Of a stretch of DNA of 64,000 bases, positions 26,761 through 41,185 are shown piece by piece (position 1 is the stretch's first letter; each line of letters starts with the position of its first letter). Below the pieces are notes generated by a model. The model was not told where the DNA came from, did no database searches, and worked only from the letters and a program-made list of their open reading frames with translations. The position numbers and the translations under genes were made by a program. The stretch comes from Octopus vulgaris. Taxonomy: Eukaryota. The stretch lies in contig OX597829.1 in the NCBI GenBank assembly GCA_951406725.2, forward strand, positions 39,866,001 to 39,930,000. Reading direction: 5' to 3'.

Positions 26761-27062
26761 GAAACAGTTTGAAAATAACTTGTTCTAAAATATAGTGGGC
26801 ATATCTGAGCTAATTAATTTTTAAACATCCCTACCTACTTCACTGCGCTTAAATCGTGTATGTGAAGACGCGCGGTCTTGTTGGCAGGCTGTCGAACTCA
26901 CGATCATGATAGCTGGTTCAATTCCCAGGCCTATAGGCAGACTGTATCCTTGGTCAAGCCACTTTATTTCACGTTACTCCATTTTACTGAACTAATTAAT
27001 AATGAACCAAATCCGTTGTAGAGTGACTTCCTCACAGACTATTCGCCCAAAATCTTGTATAC

Positions 27063-27139
<77 letters not shown>

Positions 27140-27269
27140 CATACGACTTTACACATCACATCATATATACATACACACGTCCAGACCTCTCATACGCACT
27201 ACATACTCTCTCATACACACACACACTCTCTTATGTTGGGGCGAGATCATTTAACCCTGTTATCTTCCC

Positions 27270-27529
27270 TAATTTCGCTCTTGCGTCTCACGTTTGATCT
27301 TTGACTTCTGGCCGAAATCAGATCGCCATGTTGATTCGCTAGCCTCTGCGCGCATATTTTTTTTCTCTCCTTCTTTCTGTGTTTCTTTTCTGTGTATCTT
27401 TCTGTTGAAGAGCGTAGGCTCGAAACGTAAAAGACTTGTTTTATTTATATTCCTGAGCGCCATACTAATACAATTGTTTGTTTGTATTCCACCTGCCTTC
27501 GTCTTTTGTTTATTTTCATAAAGCTTCCC

Positions 27530-27535
<6 letters not shown>
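27270..27535 (+). mobile_element. Penelope/retrozyme-like element with minimal hammerhead (CUGUUGA core)
   Basis: tcttt-CTGTTGA-a-gagc gtag gctc-GAAA-cg-TA-aaaga at 27397-27434; truncated relative at ~11477. Confidence 0.68.
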
Positions 27536-27584
<49 letters not shown>

Positions 27585-28315
27585 CGGAGATGTACTCGCA
27601 TAGCAAGTAATTTGATCTGAGATCGTGTGCTGAAACGAAAACAATTGCAGCGTGGAAGGTGTTTATAAGCCATTTAAGAAACACACAAAAGCCGTTCGAT
27701 TCACTCCAACATTTAAGTTTATATATATATATATATATATATATCAATGATCATTGACGAATCAGTTTTCATGTTTACTTGGAAATTAATCCGTCCGTAC
27801 ATTGATAAGTGCAGTGACAGCTATGTTTTACTTAGGTCAAAATTATACCAAATCACCACCCCGACCCAAAAGCAACTGTCCTACGCTTCTCCAAACCACA
27901 ATTCTTAATCCTAATCTTAAACAGTTTCGCTAACAGTATAACAGTATAACCCTAAACCATAACAGTAAAGCTAACAAACTTAACAATGATTCACGGATAT
28001 ATTTTCGTTTTATTTTTCAGCGCGCTGAGTAAGCTGTTTTGTTTACATGGCGTAAAAGACTAACGAATGACCCCCCACCCTTAAACATTCGCAGACATCA
28101 AACGCATGGTAATAATCACTTACACAAATACACGAAATTAAACTAACACAAACGAACTCAAGCTTCTCTCTGTATCCCTCTCACCCTCCCTCTTTCTTCC
28201 TCCTCCTCCTCCTCCTCCTCCTCCTCCTCCTCCTCCTCCTCCTCCTCCTCCTCCTCTCACTCTCTCTCTCTCTATCACACATGCTCACATACAAGCACTC
28301 ACGCACACACAGATA

Positions 28316-28698
28316 CACTCTTTTAACCTTTTACTTGTTTCAGTCATTTGACTGCGGCCATGCTGGAGCACCGTCTTTAATCGAGCAACTCGACCCCGGG
28401 ACTTATTCTTTTGTAAGCCCAGTACTTATTCTATCGGTCTCTTTTTGCCAGCATCGGTTGTCAAGCAATGCTAGAGGGACAAACACAGACACACAACCAT
28501 ACACATACACATACATATATATATATACATATATCCGACAGGCTTCTTTCAGTTTCCGTCTACCAAATCTACTCACAAGGCATTGGTCGGCCCAGGGCTA
28601 TAGCAGAAGACACTTACCCAAGATGTCACGTAGTGGGACTGAACCCGGAACCATGTGGTTGGTAAGCAAGCTACTTACCACACAGCCACTCCTGCGCC
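28316..28698 (-). mobile_element. SINE-A copy
   Basis: Family match. Confidence 0.88.
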
Positions 28699-28786
28699 TG
28701 TATATACGTATACACCTATACGTATATACAGACACACATCGACAAACTCGTATCTGCTAATGAACGACCTCTCACAATATATACGC

Positions 28787-28846
<60 letters not shown>

Positions 28847-29083
28847 TTATATTCTATCTTTCCATCTTCTACTTGTTTCAGTTATTGGAGTGCGGCCATG
28901 CTGGGGCCATCGCCTCGAAGGGTTTTAATCGAACAGATTGCCCTCGGTGCTTATTTTGTAAACACGTTACGGATTGTATCGATGTCTTTTTGCTGCACCG
29001 CTGTGGTACAGAGAAGTAAAAAAGACCAACGCTAGTTGGCAAATGGGGGTGGAGGACAAACACATGCATACACAGAGACGCCC

Positions 29084-29119
<36 letters not shown>

Positions 29120-29169
29120 CTTCACTATATATATATATATATATATATATGATGTTTTATATATATATA

Positions 29170-29220
<51 letters not shown>

Positions 29221-29416
29221 GATAAATATCAAAGTGAGTTATATACAGTAGCGGTAACACATCGTGACGTATTTTTGCCATTTCAATATGGCTAACCCCT
29301 AAGGGTGGATGCTACTGTAGTTTTTAGCCCCAGGAGGACACACTCCTCCAGCTGGCCATAGACACACTTTCTGTGTCCTGTCAGTATTTGCAAAGGGAAG
29401 TCATCCTTCCCGTCTT

Positions 29417-29486
29417 CAACTTATGATACACACGGACTCGAGTTTCGAGGTATTGACCTCTCGTCAGCGTGTGACAATCATAGTTG
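29417..29486 (-). ncRNA. Type I hammerhead ribozyme (inverted copy)
   Basis: Reverse complement of 29731-29800. Confidence 0.85.
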
Positions 29487-29730
29487 CGGCGAGAATTAGA
29501 TCTCCTTCACAAATACTTATACTTTTTCCAGCGCCCACAAAAACTACAGTAGCATCCACCCTTAGGGGTTAGCCATATTGAAATGGCAAAAATACGTCAC
29601 GAAGTGTTACCGCTACTGTATATAACTCACTTTGATATTTATCATTGTTTGATTTCACTTTTTCAATATCAGCGACAGTGGGCGCTGGAAAAAGTATAAG
29701 TATTTGTGAAGGAGATCTAATTCTCGCCGA

Positions 29731-29800
29731 CAACTATGATTGTCACACGCTGACGAGAGGTCAATACCTCGAAACTCGAGTCCGTGTGTATCATAAGTTG
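29731..29800 (+). ncRNA. Type I hammerhead ribozyme
   Basis: Stem I cacacg/cgtgtg (extendable as caactatgat/atcata-agttg), core CTGACGA, stem II gaggt-caat-acctc, GAAA, palindromic stem III ctcgag; GUC cleavage predicted after 29782. Confidence 0.88.
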
Positions 29801-29949
29801 AAGACGGGAAGGATGACTTCCCTTTGCAAATACTGACAGGACACAGAAAGTGTGTCTATGGCCAGCTGGAGGAGTGTGTCCTCCTGGGGCTAAAAACTAC
29901 AGTAGCATCCACCCTTAGGGGTTAGCCATATTGAAATGGCAAAAATACG

Positions 29950-30093
<144 letters not shown>

Positions 30094-30285
30094 AGGCTCA
30101 GTGGTTAGAGCATTGAGCTCACAATCATGAGGTAGTGAGTTCGATTCCCTGACCGGGCTGTGCGAGTTGTGCTTATTTCACATTGCTCTAGTTCACTCAG
30201 CTGTAGAAACGGGATCTTTGTGGTTTGCATCACTGTTTGCAATTATCGTTAAAAAAAAATTATGTATCATACAAATGTAATTTCG

Positions 30286-31071
30286 GATCTTTTCGGTTTG
30301 AACGGCAGTTTTTTCTAGCGGCGTCATATGAAATTGTCAACCATAATTATGACCCTAGTATCGATCTATTGCATTTCAATCTATTTTAGGGTTAGTGGTG
30401 GGGGGAAAGGGAATCTTTTTTCTTCACAAATGTAAATAAACCCAATCTGTTCCTTAAACGAGGGACATATTCATACGGCACAGAATGTTTTTTTTTACCT
30501 CAATAGACGTCACTGATTGGTTGAAATTGCAGAAATTGAAGAAAAAAACCCAACAAATATGTTACAAACTATAGAATTTTCTCAATAAAGCCAAGAGAAA
30601 AAGATGTTTTATAAACACATTCTACCAGTATACGAAGTTTAAAATTTTTTAGTTACCTAGAAATTATGTTAAAAACTGCCGTTCAAACCGAAAAGATCCT
30701 CTGCTTCTTAACACTATCGGTATGTTTTGCCGAATCGCTAAGTTTTTGGGTTAAGGTTAGTTAGGGTTAGGGGTGGGGGAAGGGTATCTTATTTTCTTCA
30801 CAAATGTAAATAAACCCAATCTGTTTCTTAAACGAGGGACATATTCATACGGCACAGAATGTTTTTTTACCTCAATAGACGTCACTGATTGGTTGAAATT
30901 GCAGAAATTGAAGAAAAAAACCCAACAAATATCTTACAAACTATAGAATTTTCTCAATAAAGCCAAGAAAAAAAGATGTTTTATAAACACATTCTACCAG
31001 TATACGAAGTTTAAAATTTTTTAGTTACCTAGAAATTATGTTAAAAACTGCCGTTCAAACCGAAAAGATCC
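30286..31071. mobile_element. Non-autonomous TIR DNA element, complete copy (30286-30699) plus partial tandem copy
   Basis: TIR ggatcttttcggtttgaacggcagttttt / aaaaactgccgttcaaaccgaaaagatcc; internal ttaggg-like repeats; another copy at 40705-41185. Confidence 0.85.
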
Positions 31072-31451
31072 GCGAGATCTTTGTGGTTTGTGTCACTGTT
31101 TACAATTTTCTTTAAAAAAAAAAAAAATTATGTATCATACAGATGTAATTTCTGACACTGAAACTGAATTTTGCAAAAGTGTTACAGGTGTTCAAAGTTC
31201 GATCATTTTTCAAAATTTTCAGCCAATCAGAAAACAGCGCGTTCGCCGCCTCTTCCATCATCGGGGTTTGTGTGTGTGTGTGTGTTGTGGGGGCGGGGGT
31301 AGCATCGGCATGTCAAAACACTGCTAGAAATAACTGTCAAAAACATCAAAATATACGCGAATGAAGTTAACATTTAAAACATTCGTGAGTAAAAGCTACG
31401 AACAAACAACACCAACAGGAGTTGATTGTTCACTATTCCCTCTTCCATTGC

Positions 31452-31511
<60 letters not shown>

Positions 31512-31620
31512 GGGTTTTAACTCATATATCTCTAGCAGGCACACGCATTCGTGTGTCCTTATGACTGACATACACACACACACGCGTGCGCGCGTAAGCG
31601 ATGGGCTATATCCAGTTTAG

Positions 31621-31856
31621 AAGGCGGCGAACTGGCTGAAACGTTAGCAAGCGCCGGGCGAAATGCGTGGCCGTATTTCGTCTGCCGTTACGTTCTGAGT
31701 TCAAATTCCGCCGAGGTCGACTTTGCCTTTCATCTTTTCGGGGTCGATAAATTAAGTACCAGTTACGCACTGGGGGTCGATGTAATCGACTTAATCCCCT
31801 TGTCTGTCCTTGTTTGTCCCCTCCTTGTTTAGCCCCTTGTGGGTAGTAAAGAAATA
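31621..31856 (+). mobile_element. SINE-B monomer with TSD
   Basis: Flanks gatgggctatatccagttt and gatgggctgcatccagttt; inserted into an old SINE-A remnant. Confidence 0.9.
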
Positions 31857-32031
31857 GATGGGCTGCATCCAGTTTCCGTTCACTAAATCCACTCGCAAGG
31901 CTTTCCGATCAGCCTGAGGCTATGGCAGAATACACTTATTCAGGTTGATATGCAGTGAACCCAGAACGGTTGTGGTTGGAAAGCAAGCTTCTTACCACGC
32001 ATCCAAGCCCTGTGCCTACGTATTTGTACAT

Positions 32032-32062
<31 letters not shown>

Positions 32063-32169
32063 TGTCTCATAAAACAATGGCGTCGTTGTTTATTCGTTAC
32101 TCGTTCGGTGTATTTTCATTGGTGGCAGAAACTTGCAGGCAGTCCGAAAAACTGTTGAGATAGATCCAG

Positions 32170-32700
32170 ATCTTCCTCTTGCTTTCCCTCCTCCTCCTCC
32201 TCCTCCTTCTGCGCCTCTTCATGCTCCTTTTCCTGTTCCCGCTCCTCCTCCTGATCCTGCTTCTGCTGCTCCTGCACCCCCTCCTTTCCCCTCTCCTCCA
32301 AAACCACTACCTTCTTCTTCTTCTTCTTCTTCTTCTTCTTCTTCTTCTTCTTCTTCTTCTTTTTCTTCTTCTTCTTCTTCTTCTTCTTTTTCTTTTTCTT
32401 CTTCTTCTCCTTTTCCTTCTTCCTCTTCCCCTTCCTCTTCCTCTTCCTCTTCCTCCCCCTCCCCCTCCTCCTCTTCTTCTTCTTCTTCTTCTTCTTCCCC
32501 TTCTTCCTTTCCTCTTCCTCTTCCTCCTGCTCCTGCTCCTGCTCCTCCTCTTCTTCTTCTTCTTCTTCTTCTTCTTCTTCTTCTCCTTCTTCTCCTTGTT
32601 GTTGTTGTTATTCTTCTTCTCCTTGTTGTTGTTGTTTATCTTCTTCTTCTTCTTCTTCTCCTCCTCCTCCTCTGTTACTTGTTTTGCTGTTGTTGTTGTT
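32170..32700. repeat. CCT/CTT/GTT trinucleotide tract
   Basis: Direct observation. Confidence 0.95.
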
Positions 32701-32759
32701 GCGGTCAAGGACGTTTCTATGTGTAGCTGCAGCACCGTTTGACACGTACAGCATTATGG

Positions 32760-33700
32760 TGCCTCATCCGGCGCATGTAGAGAGTTAGTAGTTATTAGGG
32801 GCTGAAATATTTTTCAAGGTCTCAAAAGGAAATTCAGTCTTTGAGATGCAGTCTTTGCTGTGTTCATGATACGTGTTTGTCAGGATAGATCTTCAATGAT
32901 GGTGAGGTCATGATCTTTAAAAATAAATATAGAGAGAGCCTTGAGAGTTCTTGTAGTGGTAGTGAGTGATTCATATTTAATGGAAGTGAGGTACGATGCC
33001 TTTTGACAAGTAAAGTAATTGTGTCCCTGTAATACCGAAAAAGATAACACTCTATTGAAGGTTGTTTCTCAGGTCTTTGCAAATGGAATCAGTGCAGATA
33101 TGCTGTGATGTGCTTAGGTTACATACTGATAGCGCTCGGGTGCGGAAGATTAGGGAGAGGTGAATGTTGATATCATTTGCATAGGAGTGGACATTGTTAG
33201 AAGTGACAGCAAGTATTTCGTCGACATAAAGGAAATACAATTTAGCAAGTAAAAAAAAAAAAACCTTTCTTAGGGCCCCACCTCAGTTGACAGAGTGTAG
33301 GTCATAATGATCTTAGTCAGTATTAACGTTTATAGTGCGATAAGACAAAGCCACCAAATTTTAAGAGGCGAAAGAAGGAGAGATTTCAAAGGTGGGTACT
33401 TTTGCCGGTAGAATCTCATGCCAGAAACGGATGATTGTTTTTCTCATGTCAAGTGAAACAATTCGAATTTTCCCAGGTCGATACTGAATGATGTAGGAGA
33501 GTAGAACTTCAGTAGATCTGTAAAATGCTATACTGTTCATCGGTCGTTTAAGACGAAGAAGGAGTGAATGTGTTGGAGGAAGTTGTTAAAGGCTGTCTCC
33601 TTCATCTTCAATATGTTGAAAGAGAGTGTAATAGGAAGATAGATGAATGCTTCAGGGGTGGAGGGTCACCCTTCTTCGTAATGAAACACAGTGTAATGTA
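32760..33700 (-). mobile_element. Highly decayed CR1/L2/Jockey-group LINE reverse transcriptase fragment
   Basis: FLYVDEILAVTSNNVHSYANDINIH resembles F..YINDL......YADD; many stop codons. Confidence 0.55.
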
Positions 33701-34163
33701 TGACAAAGGATTGTTTGTGTAAATAGGGTGAAACATATACTTCAAGGTACTTAAGTTCAAAATCTCCAATTTATCGATTTTCTAGTCAGGTTCACTGATA
33801 TGCAGATAATAGTATTCCCCCTGTATTTAGAAGGCATCGCAAAAACTGGAGATATTTCTAGGCATGCATTATTATATTATTGTTATCGCTGTTGTTTAGT
33901 TCCAGATCACCCCTAAAGCAACAAACCCATGATCAAAGGTTACTCCAGTCATAAGCATTCAGTTATTAATTCATACATGGTATGTACGCGTGTGTGTTCC
34001 CGATTCAATTCCATTGTGCGTTATTTTCTGTCGCATTCTTGATTCCTTCCAACTGCGCGGAATCTTCATCCATAGCCTCGATTCGATCCCATTGCACGCC
34101 ATCTAATACCAAAGTTATGTATCAGGAAGTGTGCTGTCAGAATCGTTAGCACAACGAACATAT

Positions 34164-34720
34164 ATTTCTTTATTACCCACAAGGGGCTAAACATAGAGGG
34201 GACAAACAAGGACAGACAAACGAATTAAGTCGATTACATCGACCCAGTGCGTAAGTGGTACTTAACTTATCGACCCCGAAAGGATGAAAGACAAAGTCGA
34301 CCTCGGCGGAATTTGAACTCAGAACGTAACAGCAGACGAAATACGGCTACGCATTTCGCCCGGCGTGCTAACGGTTCTGCCAAGCGGAATTTCCTCGGGG
34401 CGCTTTACGATCCGAGTTCGAATTCCGCCTAAGTCAAGTTGACATTTCTTCTTTTTTTGAGGGTCGATAGAATAAGTATCAGTTGAGCACTGGTGACGAT
34501 GTAATTTGTCTGACTCTTTTCGCCATGATTTCAAGCCTTGTGCCGATAGTAGAAAGAAATACCATAAGCTTTGCTGAAATACCTATTTCTTTACAACCCA
34601 CAAGGGGCTAAACACAGAGAGGACAAACAAGGATTAAGTCGATTATATCGACCCCTGTGTGTAACTGGTACTTATTTAATCGACCCCGAAAGGATGAAAG
34701 GCAAAGTCGACCTCGGCGGA
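34164..34720. mobile_element. Cluster of nested SINE-B pieces
   Basis: Minus copy 34164-34385, older plus copy to ~34555, minus fragment 34578-34720. Confidence 0.8.
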
Positions 34721-35286
34721 ATAGCCTTGTGAATGAAACTGCTTTGATGGGAATTTTGTGAAGGTCTGTCGGATAGGGGTGCAACATGTTTTTGTGTGGC
34801 AGACTTCATCTGTTACCCGATTTATCATCATTCTCAGATATTCGGGTGCCAAAAGAGGTGTCGGCTTCAAACCAGGAAATAACTCGATGCATTAACATAT
34901 TACTTCCCAAAATGCTGTAATTCATGACAATGCTCCTTTCTCTCTTTTCCCTTTCACCAGTCTAGGTGGCCTATATAAAGGACATACAAGACCATGGGCG
35001 CTATTTTTGCTTTTCTAAGCTTGGTCTTCTCTTACTCTTCTGACATTTTATCGTCTAGTAAGGAGAAAAAAAAATCAGGAGGAAAGAGCTCTGATTAATA
35101 AAAGGGGTGGATGTTAACGCTCAAACCTAGGGTTTGGTCAAAATGTTTCTAACAGAATGGACCCCGGCTTAGGCAGTAGTGTTTAGCCGAGTAAGAGATT
35201 AAGTTTACCGTGTTCTAATCGACTCCACTACTTATTTAAACTCAGTGTACTGCTTAATATTATCAGCCGTTCATTGTTATTATGTG

Positions 35287-35352
<66 letters not shown>

Positions 35353-35587
35353 GTGTGTATAAACACACACACACACGCACACACACACATATATATATGT
35401 ATATCATATATACATATATATTCTTTTATTCTTTTATGCTGGAGTACCGCCTTTAGTCGAGCAAATGGACCCCAGGACTTATTATTTGTAAGCCTAGTAC
35501 TTATTCTACCGGTCTCTTACGGGGACGTAAACACACCAGCATCGGTTGTCAAGTGATGGCAACGGAACAAGCACGGACACACACACA

Positions 35588-35690
<103 letters not shown>

Positions 35691-36143
35691 AGCGAAAGCG
35701 AACTCAATACATTAGTCTAAATCTTTTTTTATTTTCAATCGATAGGAAATTACTCAAGCGCCGATAAACGATAAGTACGTATTTTTGTATGTATATGTAT
35801 CTTTTTCGTTTGTTTCAATCATTAGACTGCGGCCATACTGGGGCAGCGCCTTGAATATAGAAAGGAATGCTGAAAAGTTTATGTATGTATGTGTGTGTGT
35901 ATATGTATGTATGCTTTGGCTAAGATTTTATGCTGCCTGCAGTAGTGTGATCCAGGTTTCGGGAGTCCCAGAATTTGGAGGAGTGATAAACCCCGTGCTG
36001 TTATCAAAACGTCCACCTAGGAGAGGAACACACACATGTAAAACCTGCTGTTTCGCGTGATTATGGGCCATCTCACTTCGTCTTGCTACTATTTAATAGT
36101 CAAGGGATTTCAGGGACAGAGGTACATGTGTTGTACAAAAGTT

Positions 36144-36535
36144 AGCTTGCTTACCAACCACATGGTTCCGGGTTCAGTCCCACTGCGTGGCACCTTGGGC
36201 AAGTGTCTTCTACTATAGCCTCGAGCCGACCAAAGCCTTGTGTGTGGATTTGGTAGACGGAAACTGAAAGAAGCCCGTCGTATATATGTATATATATATA
36301 TATATATGCGTGTGTGTGTTTGTGTCTGTGTTTGTCCTCCTAGCATTGCTTGACATCCGATGCTGGTGTGTTTATGTCCCCGTTACTTAGCGGTTCGGCA
36401 AAAGAGACCGATAGAATATGTACTGGGCTTACAAAAGAATAAGTCCCGGGGTCGATTTGCTCGACTAAAGGCGGTGCTCCAGCATGGCCGCAGTCAAATG
36501 ACTGAAACAAGTAAAAGAGTAAAGAGTAAAGAGTA
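36144..36535 (+). mobile_element. SINE-A copy (5'-truncated)
   Basis: Family match with (AAAGAGT)n tail. Confidence 0.9.
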
Positions 36536-36811
36536 ATGTATAGATGTCTCTTTAGGGTGGCCACATTTGTCGCTCCATCTACCGAATGATCCATAGCGAT
36601 GGTGGACGTGTGGCAACGTGTGAAGACCTAATTACTTGTTGGAAGCAAGTAACAACTTTCGTCTGTCACCCACGTTTCAAACAATGCGGGTCTGCAACGG
36701 GACTGAATGGTAGTCATCTGAGAGGTCTTGAGCAGAGAATCTGAAATGACATTGGAAATGAAGAAGCACAAGGAGACAGCTATCATCTGTGAAGGTGGAG
36801 CATTCACGATC

Positions 36812-37266
36812 TACATACACACACACATACATACATACATACATACATACATACATACATACATACACACATACATACATACATACATACACTCATATAC
36901 ATACATGCATACATGCATACATACATACATACATGCATGCATACGCACATACACACATGCATGCATACGCACATACATACATACATACATACATACATAC
37001 ATACATACATACATACATACATACACACATGCATACACACATACACACACATACATACACACACATACATACATACACATACATACATACATACATACAC
37101 ACATACATACATACACACATACACACATACATACATACATACATACATACATACATACACTCACATACATACATACATACATACATACATACATACATAC
37201 ATACACTCACATACATACATACATACATACATACATACATACATACATACATACATACATACATAC
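36812..37266. repeat. (CATA)n microsatellite
   Basis: Direct observation. Confidence 0.97.
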
Positions 37267-37446
37267 GACGGGATTCCGAACGCTTTCTGTCTACCAAATT
37301 CCAGTGACAGTATAGCAGTATAATTCATGCTCAAAGCTAGAATTTCTAAATTGGTGTTATCGAACCTGTAGAAGTTCTTCACTATATTTAATTCGCTTTG
37401 TCGCTAACGTTGCATGAAAAAAACATAATTCGCAGCAACAGAAGTG

Positions 37447-37497
<51 letters not shown>

Positions 37498-37603
37498 ACA
37501 CACACACACACACGCACTAAGACAAGTGAAATTCACGGCTAAAAGGTAACTGTCAATAGGTTTCGTAGTTAAATTGACTGATTTCAATCGACTCGGGCCA
37601 CAA

Positions 37604-37687
<84 letters not shown>

Positions 37688-37914
37688 GTAGGTCGACATA
37701 CAAACAGAAAGAGGAGTGAGTGAAAGAGAAAGAAAGAATGAAAGATTGAATGAAAAAAAGAAAGAAAAAAGAGGGGAACCTTAAGTGATCTTTTAATCTG
37801 TTAGAAATAGTAGCCAGTCTCCATTAATTCGCACCCTATTGCTTTAAAGATGGATAAGTATAAAGTGGAAAATGTTATTTTAGGTTTACTATATTTGTGA
37901 TAAATTAAGATATA

Positions 37915-38089
37915 GGCGCAGGAGTGGCTGTGTGGTAAGTAGCTTGCTTACCAACCACATGGTTCCGGGTTCAGTCCCACTGCGTGGCATCTTGGGCAAG
38001 TGTCTTCTGCTATAGCCCTGGGCCGACCAATGCCTTGTGAGTGGATTTGGTAGGCGGAAACTGAAAGAAGCCTGTCGTATATATGTATG

Positions 38090-38122
<33 letters not shown>

Positions 38123-38325
38123 TTGTCTCCCTAGCATTGCTTGACAACCGATGCTGGTGTGTTTACGTCCCCGTAACTTAGCGGTTCGGCAAAAGAGACC
38201 GATAGAATAAGTACTGGGCTTACAAAGAATAAGTCCCGGGGTCGATTTGATCGACTAAAGGCGGTGCTCCAGCATGGCCGCAGTCAAATGACTGAAACAA
38301 GTAAAAGAGTAAAAGAGTAAAGAGA
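37915..38325 (+). mobile_element. SINE-A, full-length and young-looking
   Basis: Intact A box tggctgtgtgg, B box ggttcagtccc and tail repeats. Confidence 0.93.
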
Positions 38326-38444
38326 ATATAAAGTAAATAAATAAATGAGAAATTACAAAATGAAACACAAAGAGAGGGTATAAGTGTCAGTTGGAACAAC
38401 TTAATTGGTGTGCTCGATCCGACCTGATGGACGGTTGAACAAGA

Positions 38445-39288
<844 letters not shown>

Positions 39289-39541
39289 ATTTTTCTCAAA
39301 TCCACTCCTTAAGACAGCCAAACTTAATGGCGCCGACAAAGATGTTGAGGGTTTATTTTTACGTTTGTTGCTGACGCAGGAACAAATATGGCTGGGTAAC
39401 ATGAACCATAATTCGCTAAATGTCTCAGGTGCCATTAGAGTGAGTGAGATGTGAGCAGATATAGATACTCGCTCGATTCTTCCACCCGTTTGATCCAGCG
39501 GCACATCCGGGATGCGTCAGCTAGGAGATTGACAGACAGAC

Positions 39542-39613
<72 letters not shown>

Positions 39614-39618
39614 GGATG

Positions 39619-39678
<60 letters not shown>

Positions 39679-39739
39679 TCTGCAACCAAATGGTGTTCGT
39701 TTAAAACTGGAACAAAGGAAAATGGTTCTTTCTACTGGA

Positions 39740-40296
39740 AGCACAAAGCCTCAAATTTGGGGGAAGGATGGAAGGCAAAGTTGACCTCGGCAGAATTTGA
39801 ACTCAGAACGTAACGGCAGATGAAATACCTATTTCTTTACTACTCACAAGGGGCTAAACATAGAAGGGACAAACAAGGACAGACAAACGGATTAAGTCGA
39901 TTACATCGACCCCAGTGCGTAACTGGTACTTAATTTATCGACCCCGAAAGGATGAAAGGCAAAGTCGACCTCGGCGGAATTTGAACTCAGAACGTAGCGG
40001 CAGACGAAATACGGCTACGCATTTCGCCCGGCGTGCTAACGTTTCTGCCAGTTCACCGCCTTAAAACAGACGAAATGCCTATTTCTTTACTATCCACAAG
40101 GGGCTAAACACAGAGAGGAGAAACAAGGACAGGCAAACGGATTAAGTCGATTATAACTGGTACTTATTTAATTGAGCCCGAAAAGATGAAAGGCAAAGTC
40201 GACCTCGGCGGAATTTGAGCTCAGAACGTAGCGGCAGACGAAATACTGCTAAACATTTCACCCGGTGTGCTAACGATTCAGCCAGCTCGACGCCTT
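39740..40296 (-). mobile_element. SINE-B multimer/cluster
   Basis: Repeated gaaatacctatttcttt-type junctions at ~39822 and ~40071. Confidence 0.85.
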
Positions 40297-40704
40297 CCAA
40301 GATTGTTACTTTATCAAAGACTAAGTTGACCGTGTCAGAATTTGAACTTTGAACGTAAAAGGCCGTAACGAAATACTGTAAGACATCTTGTCTGGCGCAA
40401 TACGACTAAGATTTATGGTATTTATGTTTTGCTAAAACTTGCGCTGCTTTGCCCTTTTTGCGATATGTATGACACTGTGTTGGAGCTCTACTCTTGTTAA
40501 GTAATAACTATCTCCAGTCCTGGGCTGGTTACCCGGTTTCTATGGGGTATAAGTGACCGAGATCGCAACATTCCCTCTGCTTAGGATACCAGTTCATCGC
40601 AGAGTTTCTCATTCACAGCAGAGTGGAGTAGAATGACTTGAAATGAAGATTTGCTCAAGAACACAATGCTACGCCCGGTTCGGGAATCAAAACCACGATT
40701 TTAG

Positions 40705-41185
40705 GATCTTTTCGGTTTGAACGGCAGTTTTTAACATAATTTCTAGGTAACTAAAAAAATTTTAAATTTCGTATACTGGTAGAATGTGTTTATAAAACAT
40801 CTTTTTCTCTTGGCTTTATTGAGAAAATTCTATAGTTTGTAAGATATTTGTTGTTTTTTTCTTCAATTTCTGCAATTTCAACCAATCAATGACGTTCTAT
40901 TGAGGTAAACAACATTCTGTGCTGTATGAACATGTCCCTCGCTTAAGAAACAGATTGGGTTTATTTACATTTGTGAAGAAAAAAAGATACCCTCCCCCAC
41001 CCCTAATCCTAACCCTAACCCTAACCCTAACCCTAACACTAACACTAACTAACCCTAACTAGTCCTAACTAACCCTAACCCTAAAACAGATTGAAATGCA
41101 ATAGATCGATACTAGGGTCATAATTATGGGTGACAATTTCATATGACACCGCTAGAAAAAACTGCCGGTCAAACCGAAAAGATCC
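40705..41185. mobile_element. TIR element with (CCCTAA)n, inserted into a SINE-D
   Basis: Same TIRs as 30286; cgatttt repeated on both sides (probable TSD); telomere-like run at ~41001-41085. Confidence 0.85.

Noticed and set aside
41001-41085. True telomere or chromosome fusion scar
   Set aside because: Short, degenerate and internal to a TIR element present in three copies.
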